A stretch of DNA of 60,162 nt, the filler included. It is 7 parts of 7 records of this genome, joined end to end, with 100 filler letters (N's around TTAATTAATTAA, not from the genome) between each part and the next. Parts side by side here need not be neighbours in the genome. Positions count along the whole stretch, not along the records: positions 1 to 11,068 come from DRR723986_8410; 6 more parts are not named here. The stretch is one strand, 5' to 3'. Below are positions 1 to 9,962 of the stretch, piece after piece. Every line of letters begins with the position of its first letter. The first letter of the stretch is position 1. Both the position numbers and the translations under genes were made by a program. Under the pieces are notes generated by a model. It made no database searches, had not been told where the DNA came from, and was given only the letters and a program-made list of their open reading frames with translations.

Positions 1-590
1 CCCGCCGTGGTTTTCAACCCAACCAGATCATTCCACGCCGCAGGAATACGCACAGACCCACCGGTGTCGGACCCAATCCCCCCCGCAGCCAAATCCCACG
101 CAACAGACGCCCCCGCCCCGGACGACGATCCGCCGGGAACGGCAGCTTCGTCATGCACACAGGGCGGCGTGTCGGTGATGGGGTTCAACCCAAGACCCGA
201 AAACGCCAGCTCGCTCATATGGGTCTTGCCCAGACACACGGCCCCGCGCGCCGTTGCATTCCGCAACACCCAGGCATCGCGATCCGGCACGCGCCCCGCC
301 AACAAGGCCGATCCGGCTTCGGTCCCGGTCCCAGCCGTATCAAACAGGTCTTTCCAACTGATCGGCACCCCATCCAGCAACGACAACCGGCGCCCAACCT
401 GTGCCCGCTCCCGCGCAGCACCTGCCTCGGCCAAGGCCCGATCCGCCGTCACCCGCGCATAGATCCGGTCGCGGTGGGGGTGGCTCGCAATCGCATCCAG
501 ATAACACTGCGTCAGCTCAACCGGGTCAATCTCACCCGCCCCGATGCCCCGCCCCAGATCACTCGCCGTCATTGTCAGCCAATTTTGCAT
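1..590 (-). CDS. Amidase signature family protein (GatA-like), runs off the contig start
   Basis: Not in the ORF track because it has no stop. Manual translation from ATG 590 gives MQNWLTMTASDLGRGI...LDGVPISWKDLFD...GKTHMSELAFSG...PGGSSSG...GSDTGGSVRIPAAW, the amidase signature. GGAG RBS upstream. Confidence 0.9.
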   Translation of the reverse strand, partial: MQNWLTMTASDLGRGIGAGEIDPVELTQCYLDAIASHPHRDRIYARVTADRALAEAGAARERAQVGRRLSLLDGVPISWKDLFDTAGTGTEAGSALLAGRVPDRDAWVLRNATARGAVCLGKTHMSELAFSGLGLNPITDTPPCVHDEAAVPGGSSSGAGASVAWDLAAGGIGSDTGGSVRIPAAWNDLVGLKTTA

Positions 591-679
591 ATCGCTCCGC
601 CCGCCTGCTGTGGTGTGTCGCGACGGTAGCGACAGCATGGGGCATGGACAATCCCGAAAGGCCGCGCATATTGCACCTC

Positions 680-1906
680 ATGAACACGTCATCTGATATC
701 CTGATTGTTGGTGGTGGCCTGAATGGCCCTGCTTTGGCTTTGGCGCTTGCGGATACCGGCCATTCGGTCACGGTGATTGATACGCTCAGCGTGACGGCCC
801 GTACCGATGCGGCCTTTGACGGGCGCGGCTATGCGCTCGCGCTCGCGTCTCAAAGATTGCTCAAGGCGATTGGCGTCTGGTCCCGCGTCGCGGATCACGC
901 GCAACCGATGCTGGAAATCAAAGTGACCGATGGCCACGCAGGCAGCGGCCCCTCCCCGTTTTTCATGCACTTTGACCATGCCGAGCTGGAAGAAGGCCCA
1001 ATGGGCTATATGGTCGAAGACCGCCATTTGCGCCCCGCTTTCCTTGCGGCAATGGCAGACCACCCCAACATCACACAGATCAGCGGCAAAACGGTTGTCG
1101 CCCAAAACACCGATATCAGCGGTGTGACCGTGACGCTGGATGATGGCAGCACGCTTTCGGGTCGGGTTCTGGTCGGGTCAGATGGCCGCAAAAGCGGCAC
1201 CGCCGAACGCGCAGGCATCAAACGCTCTGGCTGGGACTACGGTCAAACGGCGCTGGTCTGCGCCATCGACCATGAATTGCCCCACAACGGTGTCGCCCAT
1301 CAATTCTTTATGCCCCCCGGCCCCTTGGCGATTCTCCCCCTGACTGGCAACCGCAGCTCGATCGTCTGGAGCGAAAAGACAGACACCGCCCATAAGATCA
1401 ACGCGATGAATGACGCGGATTACCTGTCAGCCCTGCAGCCCCGATTTGGGGATTTTCTGGGTGAGATCAAACTGGCGGGCGCGCGCTTTACCTACCCGCT
1501 GAATTTGACCATCGCGAATTCATTCATCGCGGATCGCATGGCGCTGATCGGCGACGCTGCCCACGGTATGCACCCCATCGCGGGCCAAGGCCTGAATGCG
1601 GGCCTGCGCGATGTCGGTGCCTTGGCCGAGGTTTTGACACTTGCCGGACGGCGCGGCGAAGATATCGGCGGGCAGCTTGTGCTGGAACGCTATCAGGAAT
1701 GGCGCCGGTTCGACACGGCGACTCTCGCTATGGCCACAGATGTGTTCAACAAGCTGTTTTCCAACGACAACCCAATTCTGCGTCTGGGCCGTGACATTGG
1801 TATGGGCGTACTGGGCTCTCTGCCCGGTCTGCGCCGTGGGTTCGTGCGCGAAGCCGCCGGCCTGACCGGCGACCTGCCTGTGTTGCTACAAGGCAAACAA
1901 ATCTAG
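680..1906 (+). CDS. ubiH: UbiH/UbiL/COQ6-family FAD-dependent ubiquinone biosynthesis hydroxylase
   Basis: IVGGGLNG FAD motif, DG motif (GSDGRKS) and GDAAHGMHPIAGQGLNAGLRD. Start set at ATG 680 (MNTSSDILIVGGG) rather than 401. Confidence 0.88.
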   Translation: MNTSSDILIVGGGLNGPALALALADTGHSVTVIDTLSVTARTDAAFDGRGYALALASQRLLKAIGVWSRVADHAQPMLEIKVTDGHAGSGPSPFFMHFDHAELEEGPMGYMVEDRHLRPAFLAAMADHPNITQISGKTVVAQNTDISGVTVTLDDGSTLSGRVLVGSDGRKSGTAERAGIKRSGWDYGQTALVCAIDHELPHNGVAHQFFMPPGPLAILPLTGNRSSIVWSEKTDTAHKINAMNDADYLSALQPRFGDFLGEIKLAGARFTYPLNLTIANSFIADRMALIGDAAHGMHPIAGQGLNAGLRDVGALAEVLTLAGRRGEDIGGQLVLERYQEWRRFDTATLAMATDVFNKLFSNDNPILRLGRDIGMGVLGSLPGLRRGFVREAAGLTGDLPVLLQGKQI

Positions 1907-1911
1907 CGCGC

Positions 1912-2097
1912 TCAATCCAGCGCGCGCGCCTCGTCAATCAACATGACCGGGATGCCATTGCGAATAGGAAAGGCCAGCCCAGCCGCGCGGGAAATCAATT
2001 CCTGCTTGGCCGCGTCATATTCCAGCGTCCCTTGTGTTTGCGGGCAAATCAACGCCTCCAGCATACGGCGATCAAAAACAGATTGCGTTTCAGTCAT
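1912..2097 (-). CDS. Trm112/YcaR-family small protein
   Basis: 61 aa with LEALICPQT...[17 protein letters not shown]. Overlaps the upstream gene by 4 nt. Confidence 0.9.
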   Translation of the reverse strand: MTETQSVFDRRMLEALICPQTQGTLEYDAAKQELISRAAGLAFPIRNGIPVMLIDEARALD

Positions 2098-2735
2098 TGG
2101 AGCGTTTCCTCATTCGTGCCGCCACGCAGGGCGAATTCTATCAATGTAACCAGTGTTTCCCGGCGCGTTTTCAGGCAAGGCGCCTCTAACAGCGCCTGTC
2201 GCTCTTCGGGTTCAAAAGGCAAGATAATCGACAACGAATTGACCAGCAATTCATCATCCGCGTCCTGCAACTCCCCCCAATCCGATGACATATTCTGCGC
2301 CACCAAATACCGCCGAAGCAGGTCCAGGAACGTCGGGCGATCAAAGTGTTCATCGGTTTCGCTGCGCCCCAGATCGCGCTGAAACCCTTTCCAACACACA
2401 GAACACCGTCGATACGGCGAAAACCCGTGTACCTCGTCCTTGATCCTGAACCGCGACATCCCCGTCAGGGTGATCATGTACCGCCCATCCTCAGTCTCGG
2501 AAAACTGAGTGACCCGACCCGCACAGCCAATCATATGCAATTTGTCCTCGTCGCCGGGGATCGGGTTGGGTTGAACCATCCCGATCAGGCGATGAGTCGT
2601 TTTCAACGCGTCCTCCAACATCTGGAGGTAACGCGGCTCAAAGATATGCAGCGGCAACCGCGACCGAGGCAACACAAGCGCCTGTCGCAGCGGAAACACC
2701 GCCAGCATATCCGGAAGATCGGCAGCTTTCATCAT
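2094..2735 (-). CDS. Stand-alone LON peptidase substrate-binding (N-terminal) domain protein
   Basis: VFPL...[13 protein letters not shown]...[23 protein letters not shown]. Forms the usual alphaproteobacterial cnoX-lonN-trm112 operon. Confidence 0.88.
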   Translation of the reverse strand: MMKAADLPDMLAVFPLRQALVLPRSRLPLHIFEPRYLQMLEDALKTTHRLIGMVQPNPIPGDEDKLHMIGCAGRVTQFSETEDGRYMITLTGMSRFRIKDEVHGFSPYRRCSVCWKGFQRDLGRSETDEHFDRPTFLDLLRRYLVAQNMSSDWGELQDADDELLVNSLSIILPFEPEERQALLEAPCLKTRRETLVTLIEFALRGGTNEETLQ

Positions 2736-2762
2736 ACAGCCAACAATAGCCCGTATCTGATC

Positions 2763-3680
2763 TTAGGCAAATATCATTGAACTCAGCTTGCGGCGTCCGT
2801 TCAAAACGATCGGGTCATTGGCCTTAAGCGCATCGAAAATGGTGAACAGCTGGGTTTTGGCCGCGCCCTTGTTCCATTCCCGATCTTGGCGGAACAATTC
2901 CAGCAATTGCGCCACAGCCTCTTCGACCTGATCCGCGGCATGCAACGCCAGCGCCAAATCAAACCGTGCCTGTTGATTGCTCGGGTCCGCCTCAACCGCT
3001 GCGGTCAAGTCCGCCACAGGACCGGCATCTGCCGCCTGCTTTGCCAATTCAAGCTGCGCATGTGCGGCTTCCAACTCAGCGCTTTCTGAAATCTCGGCAG
3101 GGGCCCCGTTCAACACGGCTTCGGCCTGTTCCAGATCTTCCAACGCGATATGGGCACGCACCAAACCGCCATAGGCTGCGGCATGGTTGGGATCTTCGCC
3201 CAAGATCGCCGCAAACGTTTCAACCGCATCGGCAAACGCACCCTCGGTCATCATCTCTTCGGCGGCGGCAACGGCGTCATCCAGACCGCCATCCGGCATC
3301 TCACCACCACCCGCAGCAACCACGCGCTCTACAAACGCGGTGATTTCGGACCCCGGTACAGCGCCCTGAAACCCATCAACGGGCTGGCCTTTGTAAAACG
3401 CATAAACCGTGGGGATCGACTGGATCTGCAACTGACCCGCAATCATCTGCGCCTCGTCGACGTTGATCTTGACCATCTTGACCGCACCTTGGGCAGCGGT
3501 CACCGCGTCTTCCAACATCGGGCCCAGCGTCTTGCACGGACCACACCAAGGGGCCCAGAAATCAACAATCACCGGCACCTCTTGCGAGGCCTCAACAACA
3601 TCCGCCATGAAGCTGGCTTCGGTTGTGTCCTTGATCAAATCAGCGGCGGGGGTGCCACTTGCACCGTTCAGAATTTCCAT
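2763..3680 (-). CDS. cnoX: Thioredoxin-TPR chaperedoxin CnoX/YbbN
   Basis: VDFWAPWCGPCK thioredoxin domain plus helical TPR region ending GRRKLSSMIFA. Start set at MEILNG (3680). Confidence 0.9.
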   Translation of the reverse strand: MEILNGASGTPAADLIKDTTEASFMADVVEASQEVPVIVDFWAPWCGPCKTLGPMLEDAVTAAQGAVKMVKINVDEAQMIAGQLQIQSIPTVYAFYKGQPVDGFQGAVPGSEITAFVERVVAAGGGEMPDGGLDDAVAAAEEMMTEGAFADAVETFAAILGEDPNHAAAYGGLVRAHIALEDLEQAEAVLNGAPAEISESAELEAAHAQLELAKQAADAGPVADLTAAVEADPSNQQARFDLALALHAADQVEEAVAQLLELFRQDREWNKGAAKTQLFTIFDALKANDPIVLNGRRKLSSMIFA

Positions 3681-3755
3681 GACATGCTTCTCCGGTTCGA
3701 GCTTGCCCCCTATATGCAAGCGGACGGCCCGGAAACCAAGAGAGGAGTTGCCGAT

Positions 3756-4277
3756 TTGACCTCACAGCGCTGGGATATCTTCAAAGCTTCAGAGCGTTTT
3801 ATGGCAATGGACGAGGCCGCGTGGGCCCGTCATGCCAATCCGCTTAGTGTTTACAGTCGGTTTTCGATCCTGCCCTTGATGTCACTCGCAATCTGGGGCC
3901 GCGTGTGGATCGGGTGGTGGGCTGTGGCTGCCGTGGCACTGGTCGTGCTGTGGACGTGGTGGAATCCCCGCGCCTTTGGTCCGCCCGCATCAACACGCGG
4001 TTGGGCCTCTCGTGGCACCTTTGGCGAGCGGGTGTTCCTGAACCGCGATAGCCTACAAATTCCACACCATCACGTGGTCTGGGCGAAACTGCTCACCGGT
4101 GTATCTGCGGTTGGGATAGTGCCGTGGATCTATGGCCTATGGGCGCTGGATCTGTCGGCAGTCGTGCTGGGTCTTGCCCTGATCGTCGGGGGCAAGACCT
4201 GGTTCGTGGATCGCATGGTCTGGCTCTATCAGGACATGAAAGATCAAGACCCGACCTATGCCAGCTGGCTGCGCTAA
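3756..4277 (+). CDS. Small integral membrane protein (DUF6653-like)
   Basis: AGAGGAG RBS before TTG 3756 (alternative ATG 3801). WARHANPLSVYSRF motif, Trp-rich TM helices, KTWFVDRMVWLY. Family name recalled, not searched. Confidence 0.65.
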   Translation: MTSQRWDIFKASERFMAMDEAAWARHANPLSVYSRFSILPLMSLAIWGRVWIGWWAVAAVALVVLWTWWNPRAFGPPASTRGWASRGTFGERVFLNRDSLQIPHHHVVWAKLLTGVSAVGIVPWIYGLWALDLSAVVLGLALIVGGKTWFVDRMVWLYQDMKDQDPTYASWLR

Positions 4278-5062
4278 ATGTCGAAGGTCGCAAAAATGGG
4301 TGCGTGGTCGCTGGGCTTTTCCCACCCGCGCGCATCCCGCATGACCCGGCTGGAATGACCCGCGTTTGAGATATCACCCGTCGCCCAGACGTGGTCCAAC
4401 CGACGTCCTTTGTCGGCGGCATCCCAATCCTTGGCCCGGTAAGACCACCACGAATACAGCTTACCATCCGGAATATCCTGCCGCGTGACATCGACCCAGT
4501 TTCCCGCATCCTGCACTTGGGCCAGATGCTCGACCTCGGTCGGTGTATGGCTCACGATCTTAAGCAATTTCTTATGGTCCCACACATCGTCTTCGCGCGG
4601 GGCAATGTTCAAATCCCCAACAAGAATGGATTTTTCCGGCTTATCGCCATGAAACCAATCCCGCATCTCTGTGAGGTAATCGAGCTTTTGACCAAACTTT
4701 TCGTTCTTTTCCCGGTCCGGCACATCGCCACCCGCAGGAACATAAAAGTTGTGGATCGTCACACCGTTTTCAAGCTGTCCGGCAATATGGCGCGCATGGC
4801 CCAAATCAGCGAAATCCTGACTGCACACTTCTTTGATCGGCATCCGAGACAGGATCGCCACCCCGTTGTATCCCTTTTGGCCACGGGCAACCATGTGGGT
4901 GTAGCCCAACGCGGCGAACCCTTCTAACGGGATCTTGTCCACCGGGCTCTTACACTCTTGCAAGCACAGCACATCGGGGGCTTCTTCCTCCAACAGCTTC
5001 AGCACAATCGGCTCACGCAGCCGGACCGAGTTGATGTTCCATGTGGCAAGGGTAAAGGGCAT
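4274..5062 (-). CDS. xth: Exodeoxyribonuclease III
   Basis: ATWNINSVR, LCLQECK, GYNGVAILS, GDLNIAP, YSWWSYR, GRRLDH, PSDHAP. Confidence 0.95.
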   Translation of the reverse strand: MPFTLATWNINSVRLREPIVLKLLEEEAPDVLCLQECKSPVDKIPLEGFAALGYTHMVARGQKGYNGVAILSRMPIKEVCSQDFADLGHARHIAGQLENGVTIHNFYVPAGGDVPDREKNEKFGQKLDYLTEMRDWFHGDKPEKSILVGDLNIAPREDDVWDHKKLLKIVSHTPTEVEHLAQVQDAGNWVDVTRQDIPDGKLYSWWSYRAKDWDAADKGRRLDHVWATGDISNAGHSSRVMRDARGWEKPSDHAPIFATFDI

Positions 5063-5134
5063 GCGTTCGACTTTCCTGGTTCGCGGTCACCGCAACCTAG
5101 CGCGCGCCATCCCTGCGCGCCATCGCAAACACGC

Positions 5135-5530
5135 TTATGATATTTTCTCGCTGCGGGCGGCGATCCACCAGACATTTCCGCAAGGGTCTTTGATCCCGGC
5201 CATGCGATCCCCGTGCGGGCGCTTATTCGGCTCCATCATCGACACCGCACCCAAACCAAGCGCCCGCGCGTATGTCACATCCACATCTTCCACATACAGA
5301 TGCATCTGAGAGATATTCGCAGCATAGTTTGCTGAACTTTCATTCAGCATGACAACAGAATCGCCAATCAACACCCGCGCATGTTGGATCCGATTGTCCG
5401 AGCCTCTGTTTTCCTTAAACACCTTTGCCTCAAAAGCAGCGACCAAAAACGCAATCAGCTGATCCGCATCCTGAACTGTGAAATAGGGTGTGATGGTGTG
5501 GCTCACTGGTGAGATGTCTTGAAACGTCAT
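5135..5530 (-). CDS. VOC/glyoxalase (PhnB-like) family protein
   Basis: TITPYFTVQDA...HARVLIGDSVVML...HLYVEDVD...GDRMAGIKDPCGNVWWIA. AGGAGG RBS before ATG 5530. Confidence 0.85.
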   Translation of the reverse strand: MTFQDISPVSHTITPYFTVQDADQLIAFLVAAFEAKVFKENRGSDNRIQHARVLIGDSVVMLNESSANYAANISQMHLYVEDVDVTYARALGLGAVSMMEPNKRPHGDRMAGIKDPCGNVWWIAARSEKIS

Positions 5531-5618
5531 GTCCCCTCCTGACGGACCAGTATTAGCCCAAATTCCTGCGATGCGTTTCAACACTGTGCGCACAAAGGAT
5601 CGGCACAGGCCATCAAAC

Positions 5619-5737
5619 AAAAAAAGACCGGGCACGAGGCCCGGCCAAGTCCAACAGGGAGGTGTATGTCATAACCCGGACATACACGGGATAGTCAGTG
5701 TTTAAACATGAGACCAAAGTACTTCTTTGATCTGAGT
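5619..5737 (-). ncRNA. sorX: SorX-like sRNA in the 3' UTR of the ompR-family gene
   Basis: Minus strand shows hairpin AGATCAAAG/CTTTGGTCT, perfect hairpin GTGTATGTC/GACATACAC, anti-SD core CACCTCCCTGTTGGACTT, then terminator GGCCGGGC-ctcgt-GCCCGGTC-T7. The position after an ompR-like gene matches Rhodobacter SorX (recalled). Confidence 0.75.
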
Positions 5738-5745
5738 CAACACAT

Positions 5746-6432
5746 TCAAGCCACCAAACGGTAGCCGCCCGATTCGGTCACCAACAGACGCACATTTGCC
5801 GGATCGGGTTCAATCTTCTGCCTTAGACGATAGATATGGGTCTCCAACGTGTGCGTTGTAACCCCCGCATTGTACCCCCAAACCTCGTGCAACAAGACGT
5901 CGCGCGCGACCACACCATCGGTCGAGCGGTACAAGAACTTGAGAATGTTGGTTTCTTTTTCGGTCAGACGGATCTTGCGATCATCCTCGGTCACCAACAT
6001 TTTCATCGCAGGCTTGAACGTATAGGGGCCAAGCGTGAAAACAGCGTCCTCTGATTGCTCATGCTGGCGCAGCTGCGCACGAATGCGGGCCAACAGAACC
6101 GGGAATTTAAACGGCTTGGTCACATAATCATTGGCACCGGCATCCAATCCAAGAATGGTATCGGCGTCCCCATCATGGCCCGTCAGCATCAAAATCGGGC
6201 TTTTGACACCCTGCTTGCGCATCAGGCGGCACAGCTCACGACCATCCGTATCCGGCAGGCCAACATCCAGAATAACCAGATCATACAGGGCCTCTTTGAC
6301 CCGCTCCATTGCGCTCTGACCGTCAAAGGCTTCGAACACGTCAAAGTCCTCGGTCATGATCAGCTGCTCGCTGAGCGCTTCGCGCAGATCTTCATCGTCG
6401 TCTACCAGCAAAATCTTTTTGAGCTGAGCCAT
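5746..6432 (-). CDS. OmpR-family response regulator
   Basis: Receiver domain (ILLVDDD, LDVGLPD, GANDYVTKPF) and winged helix (LTEKE, VWGYN...THTLETHIYRLRQKIE). GGAGG RBS before ATG 6432. Confidence 0.93.
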   Translation of the reverse strand: MAQLKKILLVDDDEDLREALSEQLIMTEDFDVFEAFDGQSAMERVKEALYDLVILDVGLPDTDGRELCRLMRKQGVKSPILMLTGHDGDADTILGLDAGANDYVTKPFKFPVLLARIRAQLRQHEQSEDAVFTLGPYTFKPAMKMLVTEDDRKIRLTEKETNILKFLYRSTDGVVARDVLLHEVWGYNAGVTTHTLETHIYRLRQKIEPDPANVRLLVTESGGYRLVA

Positions 6433-6460
6433 CACGCTGTCCTCCGTTTTCCTACCTACC

Positions 6461-6488
6461 ACTTGAGGGTGCTACACGCGTTCGACAA
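6461..6488 (-). promoter_or_regulatory. Putative RpoH-type promoter TTG-N18-CTCAAGT
   Basis: Same architecture as the promoter-like site before the SorY-like RNA (TTG-N18-CTTAAAT). Resembles Rhodobacter RpoHI/RpoHII promoters. Inference. Confidence 0.4.
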
Positions 6489-6594
6489 GTTTTACTGCAA
6501 CGCTCTCACGCCCTCGTGTCTGCCGTAGCGGAAATGTTTCACATTTCCTTCAAAGCGGATTAGGAAAAGCACAGAACGTTATAGGATAACACTC

Positions 6595-7689
6595 ATGAGT
6601 CTCATCCCGGATATCACCGAACTTCTTGCGCGGGCGCGGGCTGATCTGCGTATGGGCGTCCCCGTTGTCTTGACCGACGATGCCGGGTTGAGTGTGCTGG
6701 CCATCTCAGCCGAGTCCCTGAACGCGCAACGCCTTGCCGATTTGCGCGGTCTTGGGGATGCCCCGGTGATTGCCATCACGGTGCGACGCGCCGACACGCT
6801 CAAGGCGCGCGCCTATGACGGCGATCTGGCACGTGTCATGATTCCTGCAGACGCTGACCTGAGTTGGGTGCAAGCCGTGGCTGATCCCTCCGATGACCTG
6901 AATGCCCCGCTCAAGGGCCCGCTGATGACCGAACGCCAAGGCTCGGCCAGCCTGCACCGTATCGCAATTGCGCTGGCCAAATCCGCGCGCCTGCTGCCTG
7001 CCGCCGTTGTCATGCCAATTGACGACGGGCGCGGTTTTGCCGGGTCACACGGGCTGACCCTGATCGATCACGCCCGCGCAGCCCCGCACCTGACCGAGCG
7101 CAGCCCCCTGCATGAAATCGTCGCCGCCCGCCTCCCGATGGAGGTTTCTGAGGCTGGTCGCCTGCACGTGTTCCGCCCCGAAGACGGCGGCGAAGAACAC
7201 TATGCCATCGAAATCGGTCGTCCAGACCGCGAGAAACCCGTTCTGGCACGCCTGCACTCGGCCTGCTTTACTGGCGACCTGATGGGCAGCCTGAAATGTG
7301 ATTGCGGCCCACAGCTGCGCGGTGCGCTGGCCCAGATGGGGTCCGAGGGATCCGGCGTCTTGCTCTACCTCAATCAAGAGGGGCGCGGCATTGGTCTCGC
7401 CAACAAGATGCGTGCCTATTTCCTGCAGGATCAAGGGTTTGACACCGTCGAGGCCAATCACAGGCTCGGCTTTGAAGATGACGAACGCGACTTCAGACTT
7501 GGCTCTGACATCCTGAAATCTCTGGGTTTTAAATCTGTACGCCTGCTAACCAACAACCCCAACAAGATCTCAATGATGGAACGCACCGGCATTGCAGTCA
7601 CCGAACGCGTGGCCCTGAAAGTCGGCGAAAACGCCCACAACCGCGACTATCTCGCAACCAAAGCCGCGAAATCAGGACACATGCTGTGA
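6595..7689 (+). CDS. ribA: GTP cyclohydrolase II
   Basis: RLHSACFTGD, SLKCDCGPQL, QEGRGIGLANKMRAY, LLTNNPNK. Confidence 0.93.
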   Translation: MSLIPDITELLARARADLRMGVPVVLTDDAGLSVLAISAESLNAQRLADLRGLGDAPVIAITVRRADTLKARAYDGDLARVMIPADADLSWVQAVADPSDDLNAPLKGPLMTERQGSASLHRIAIALAKSARLLPAAVVMPIDDGRGFAGSHGLTLIDHARAAPHLTERSPLHEIVAARLPMEVSEAGRLHVFRPEDGGEEHYAIEIGRPDREKPVLARLHSACFTGDLMGSLKCDCGPQLRGALAQMGSEGSGVLLYLNQEGRGIGLANKMRAYFLQDQGFDTVEANHRLGFEDDERDFRLGSDILKSLGFKSVRLLTNNPNKISMMERTGIAVTERVALKVGENAHNRDYLATKAAKSGHML

Positions 7690-8186
7690 CCCCATTTGAT
7701 ATGGTCGTTACGCCCAAGGGGTTGCGATTTCTGGGCCGCACCCTGCCCTGTTCGCTTGGTAAAGGGGGCCGGACCAACGACAAGAAAGAGGGCGACGGCG
7801 CCACCCCTGTCGGCACTCTGGAAATCGTCGGAATGCTCTATCGTGCGGATCGCATCACCGCACCAACCCCTTGGGCCGAGGCGATTGGCCCCCGCGATCT
7901 GTGGTCAGACGACAGCGAAGATCATGATTATAATCAATGGGTTCGCGCGCCATACATGCACAGCCACGAACACCTGCGACGGGCGGACCCGCTCTATGAT
8001 TTGGTGCTGATCACCGATTGGAATTGGCGCGATACCGTGCCGGGTCGCGGTTCCGCGATCTTAGTGCACCAGTGGCGTCGCCCCGGCTATCCGACCGAAG
8101 GTTGCGTTGCCCTGTCTCGCGAAAACCTACGATGGGTGGCCGAACGCGTCACGCCCGGCACCCGCCTGATTATTCCACCGGCTTAA
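7686..8186 (+). CDS. L,D-transpeptidase-like (YkuD) family protein
   Basis: KKEGDGATPVG and GSAILVHQW...PTEGCVAL (His/Cys motif). Overlaps the ribA stop. Confidence 0.8.
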   Translation: MTPFDMVVTPKGLRFLGRTLPCSLGKGGRTNDKKEGDGATPVGTLEIVGMLYRADRITAPTPWAEAIGPRDLWSDDSEDHDYNQWVRAPYMHSHEHLRRADPLYDLVLITDWNWRDTVPGRGSAILVHQWRRPGYPTEGCVALSRENLRWVAERVTPGTRLIIPPA

Positions 8187-8829
8187 CCCGATCCCCGAAA
8201 ATAGCCGACCCGACGCGCACGTGCGTTGCGCCCAAAGCGATGGCCTTTTCAAAGTCGCTGCTCATGCCCATCGACAGCCCGGTCAAACCGTTGCGCGCTG
8301 CAATCTTGGCCAGCAGCGCAAAGTGCAACGCCGCTTCTTCCTCAACTGGGGGAATGCACATAAGCCCTTGAATCGGCAGGTCCATTTTCACGCAATCCGC
8401 GATGAATGCATCCGCATCCGCGGGTAATATTCCCGCCTTTTGCTCTTCTTCGCCGGTGTTCACCTGCACAAACAAATCCGGACAGGCCCCGCGTTCCTGC
8501 GCCAAACGCGCCAAGGCAGCGGCCAATTTCGGACGATCCACCGAATGAATAGCATTGCACAGCTCAACAGCCTGCCGCGCTTTGTTGGTTTGCAACGGTC
8601 CGATCAAATGCAGATCAACATCCGCAAACTGTTCTTTGAAATTCGGCCATTTCCCAGCCGCTTCCTGCACCCGGTTTTCGCCAAAACACCGATGGCCCTG
8701 ACTTAGAACCGCCTCAACCCGTTCATTAGGTTGAACCTTGGAAACCGCGATCAAATGGACCGACCCAGCGTCCCGACCAGCGGCCTGTTCCGCAGCACCA
8801 ATGCGGGCTTGAATCTCTTGCAGCGACAT
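8170..8829 (-). CDS. yggS: PLP homeostasis protein YggS
   Basis: LIAVSK, FGENRVQE, HLIGPLQTNK, LSMGMSSDF, GATHVRVGSAIFG. Confidence 0.95.
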   Translation of the reverse strand: MSLQEIQARIGAAEQAAGRDAGSVHLIAVSKVQPNERVEAVLSQGHRCFGENRVQEAAGKWPNFKEQFADVDLHLIGPLQTNKARQAVELCNAIHSVDRPKLAAALARLAQERGACPDLFVQVNTGEEEQKAGILPADADAFIADCVKMDLPIQGLMCIPPVEEEAALHFALLAKIAARNGLTGLSMGMSSDFEKAIALGATHVRVGSAIFGDRVKPVE

Positions 8830-8876
8830 ACGCGAACCTCATCTTCGTTTGCCAGCAGAGAAACACCATGTAGCCC

Positions 8877-8910
8877 AAAAAGAAAAGGGCGAGCTCGAAA
8901 GAGCCCGCCC
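8877..8910 (-). terminator. Intrinsic terminator of the porin gene
   Basis: Minus strand GGGCGGGCTC-tttc-GAGCTCGCCC followed by TTTTCTTTTT. Confidence 0.8.
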
Positions 8911-8936
8911 CAAAGTCACGCTAAGCGTGGCTTAAC

Positions 8937-9962
8937 TTAGAAGCTGAAGTATACACCAGCCTGGAATGTGTCGTTGTCGTTAGACGCACGACGGTAACCA
9001 GTTTCGAAAGACGCACCGCCCCCGAGATCGTAAGAGTAGTGGATACCGTAGCTTTCGCCTTCGCCCAAGTTAGAGCCGGCGATGCCGTCGCGGTTGTCGC
9101 CACGACCGTTTGCTACGTCAGCTGCGGAAACCGCATCTTCCGAAGTTACGAATGCAACGATTTTCGAAGCTGCACCGATTTCGTAGTTGCCGTACAGGCC
9201 CCATTTGCCGATGCCGTCGTTGTCTGCGTATGCAACGCGAACACCGAACTGACCCAGGTCACCCTGAACAGAGATGATTGCTTTGTCTTCCCAGGCCAAG
9301 TCGGAGTCCTGGTAAGAACCAGCAACAGTCCAGTCGCCAAAGGTGTAAGCCATCATGATGGCGGCACGAGCAGCTGCGTTTGCAGCACCGTTACCAACAC
9401 CAGGGTTTACAGTGCTGTCGTTACGCTGCGAGTACGAAATGTGACCGGTGAAACCGTTCGCAGAGTACAGAGCTTCAACACCGTTTACGCCGGTACCAGC
9501 TGAGCTGTATGCATCCCAGTTGAAGTATTCGTTGCTGACGTTACCAACGTGCGAAACGAAACCGGCACCATCGATACCCAGACCAGCAGTACGGGTTTCG
9601 AGGTATGTACCAGGTGTGTTTTCAACCGCACCGATGATGTTACCAACGTTAACGCGGAAACCCTGGTAAACTACGCCAAAACGTGCGCCGTTGAAGCCTG
9701 CGCCGCCGGAGACGTTGTCACGGCTTTCGGCCTGTGCGCGGAAGCGTGCGTCGAATGCAACACCGGAGTCAGTTTCAGCTGACATGTCGAACTGCAGACG
9801 CAGACGGCTGGTGATGGTTGTGCTGGAAACGCCGTTAACGTTGCTGTCGTTACCGTCGTTGTAATCCAAACCAAAACGGCCGTAACCGCTGATACGAACG
9901 TCTGCTGCGGCAACGCTGGCTGTTGCGATCAGCGCGGTCGTTGCGAAGAGAACTTTTTTCAT
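8937..9962 (-). CDS. Rhodobacter-type trimeric porin
   Basis: Signal peptide MKKVLFATTALIATASVAAA, then DVRISGYGRFG. C-terminal AGVYFSF. Strongly biased codons. Confidence 0.9.
   Translation of the reverse strand: MKKVLFATTALIATASVAAADVRISGYGRFGLDYNDGNDSNVNGVSSTTITSRLRLQFDMSAETDSGVAFDARFRAQAESRDNVSGGAGFNGARFGVVYQGFRVNVGNIIGAVENTPGTYLETRTAGLGIDGAGFVSHVGNVSNEYFNWDAYSSAGTGVNGVEALYSANGFTGHISYSQRNDSTVNPGVGNGAANAAARAAIMMAYTFGDWTVAGSYQDSDLAWEDKAIISVQGDLGQFGVRVAYADNDGIGKWGLYGNYEIGAASKIVAFVTSEDAVSAADVANGRGDNRDGIAGSNLGEGESYGIHYSYDLGGGASFETGYRRASNDNDTFQAGVYFSF

Noticed and set aside
7-629. Plus-strand ORFs 7-462 and 153-629
   Set aside because: Antisense shadows of the minus-strand amidase.
3150-3755. 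Long N-terminal extension of ORF 3150-4277
   Set aside because: Antisense to cnoX. An RBS supports a start near 3756.
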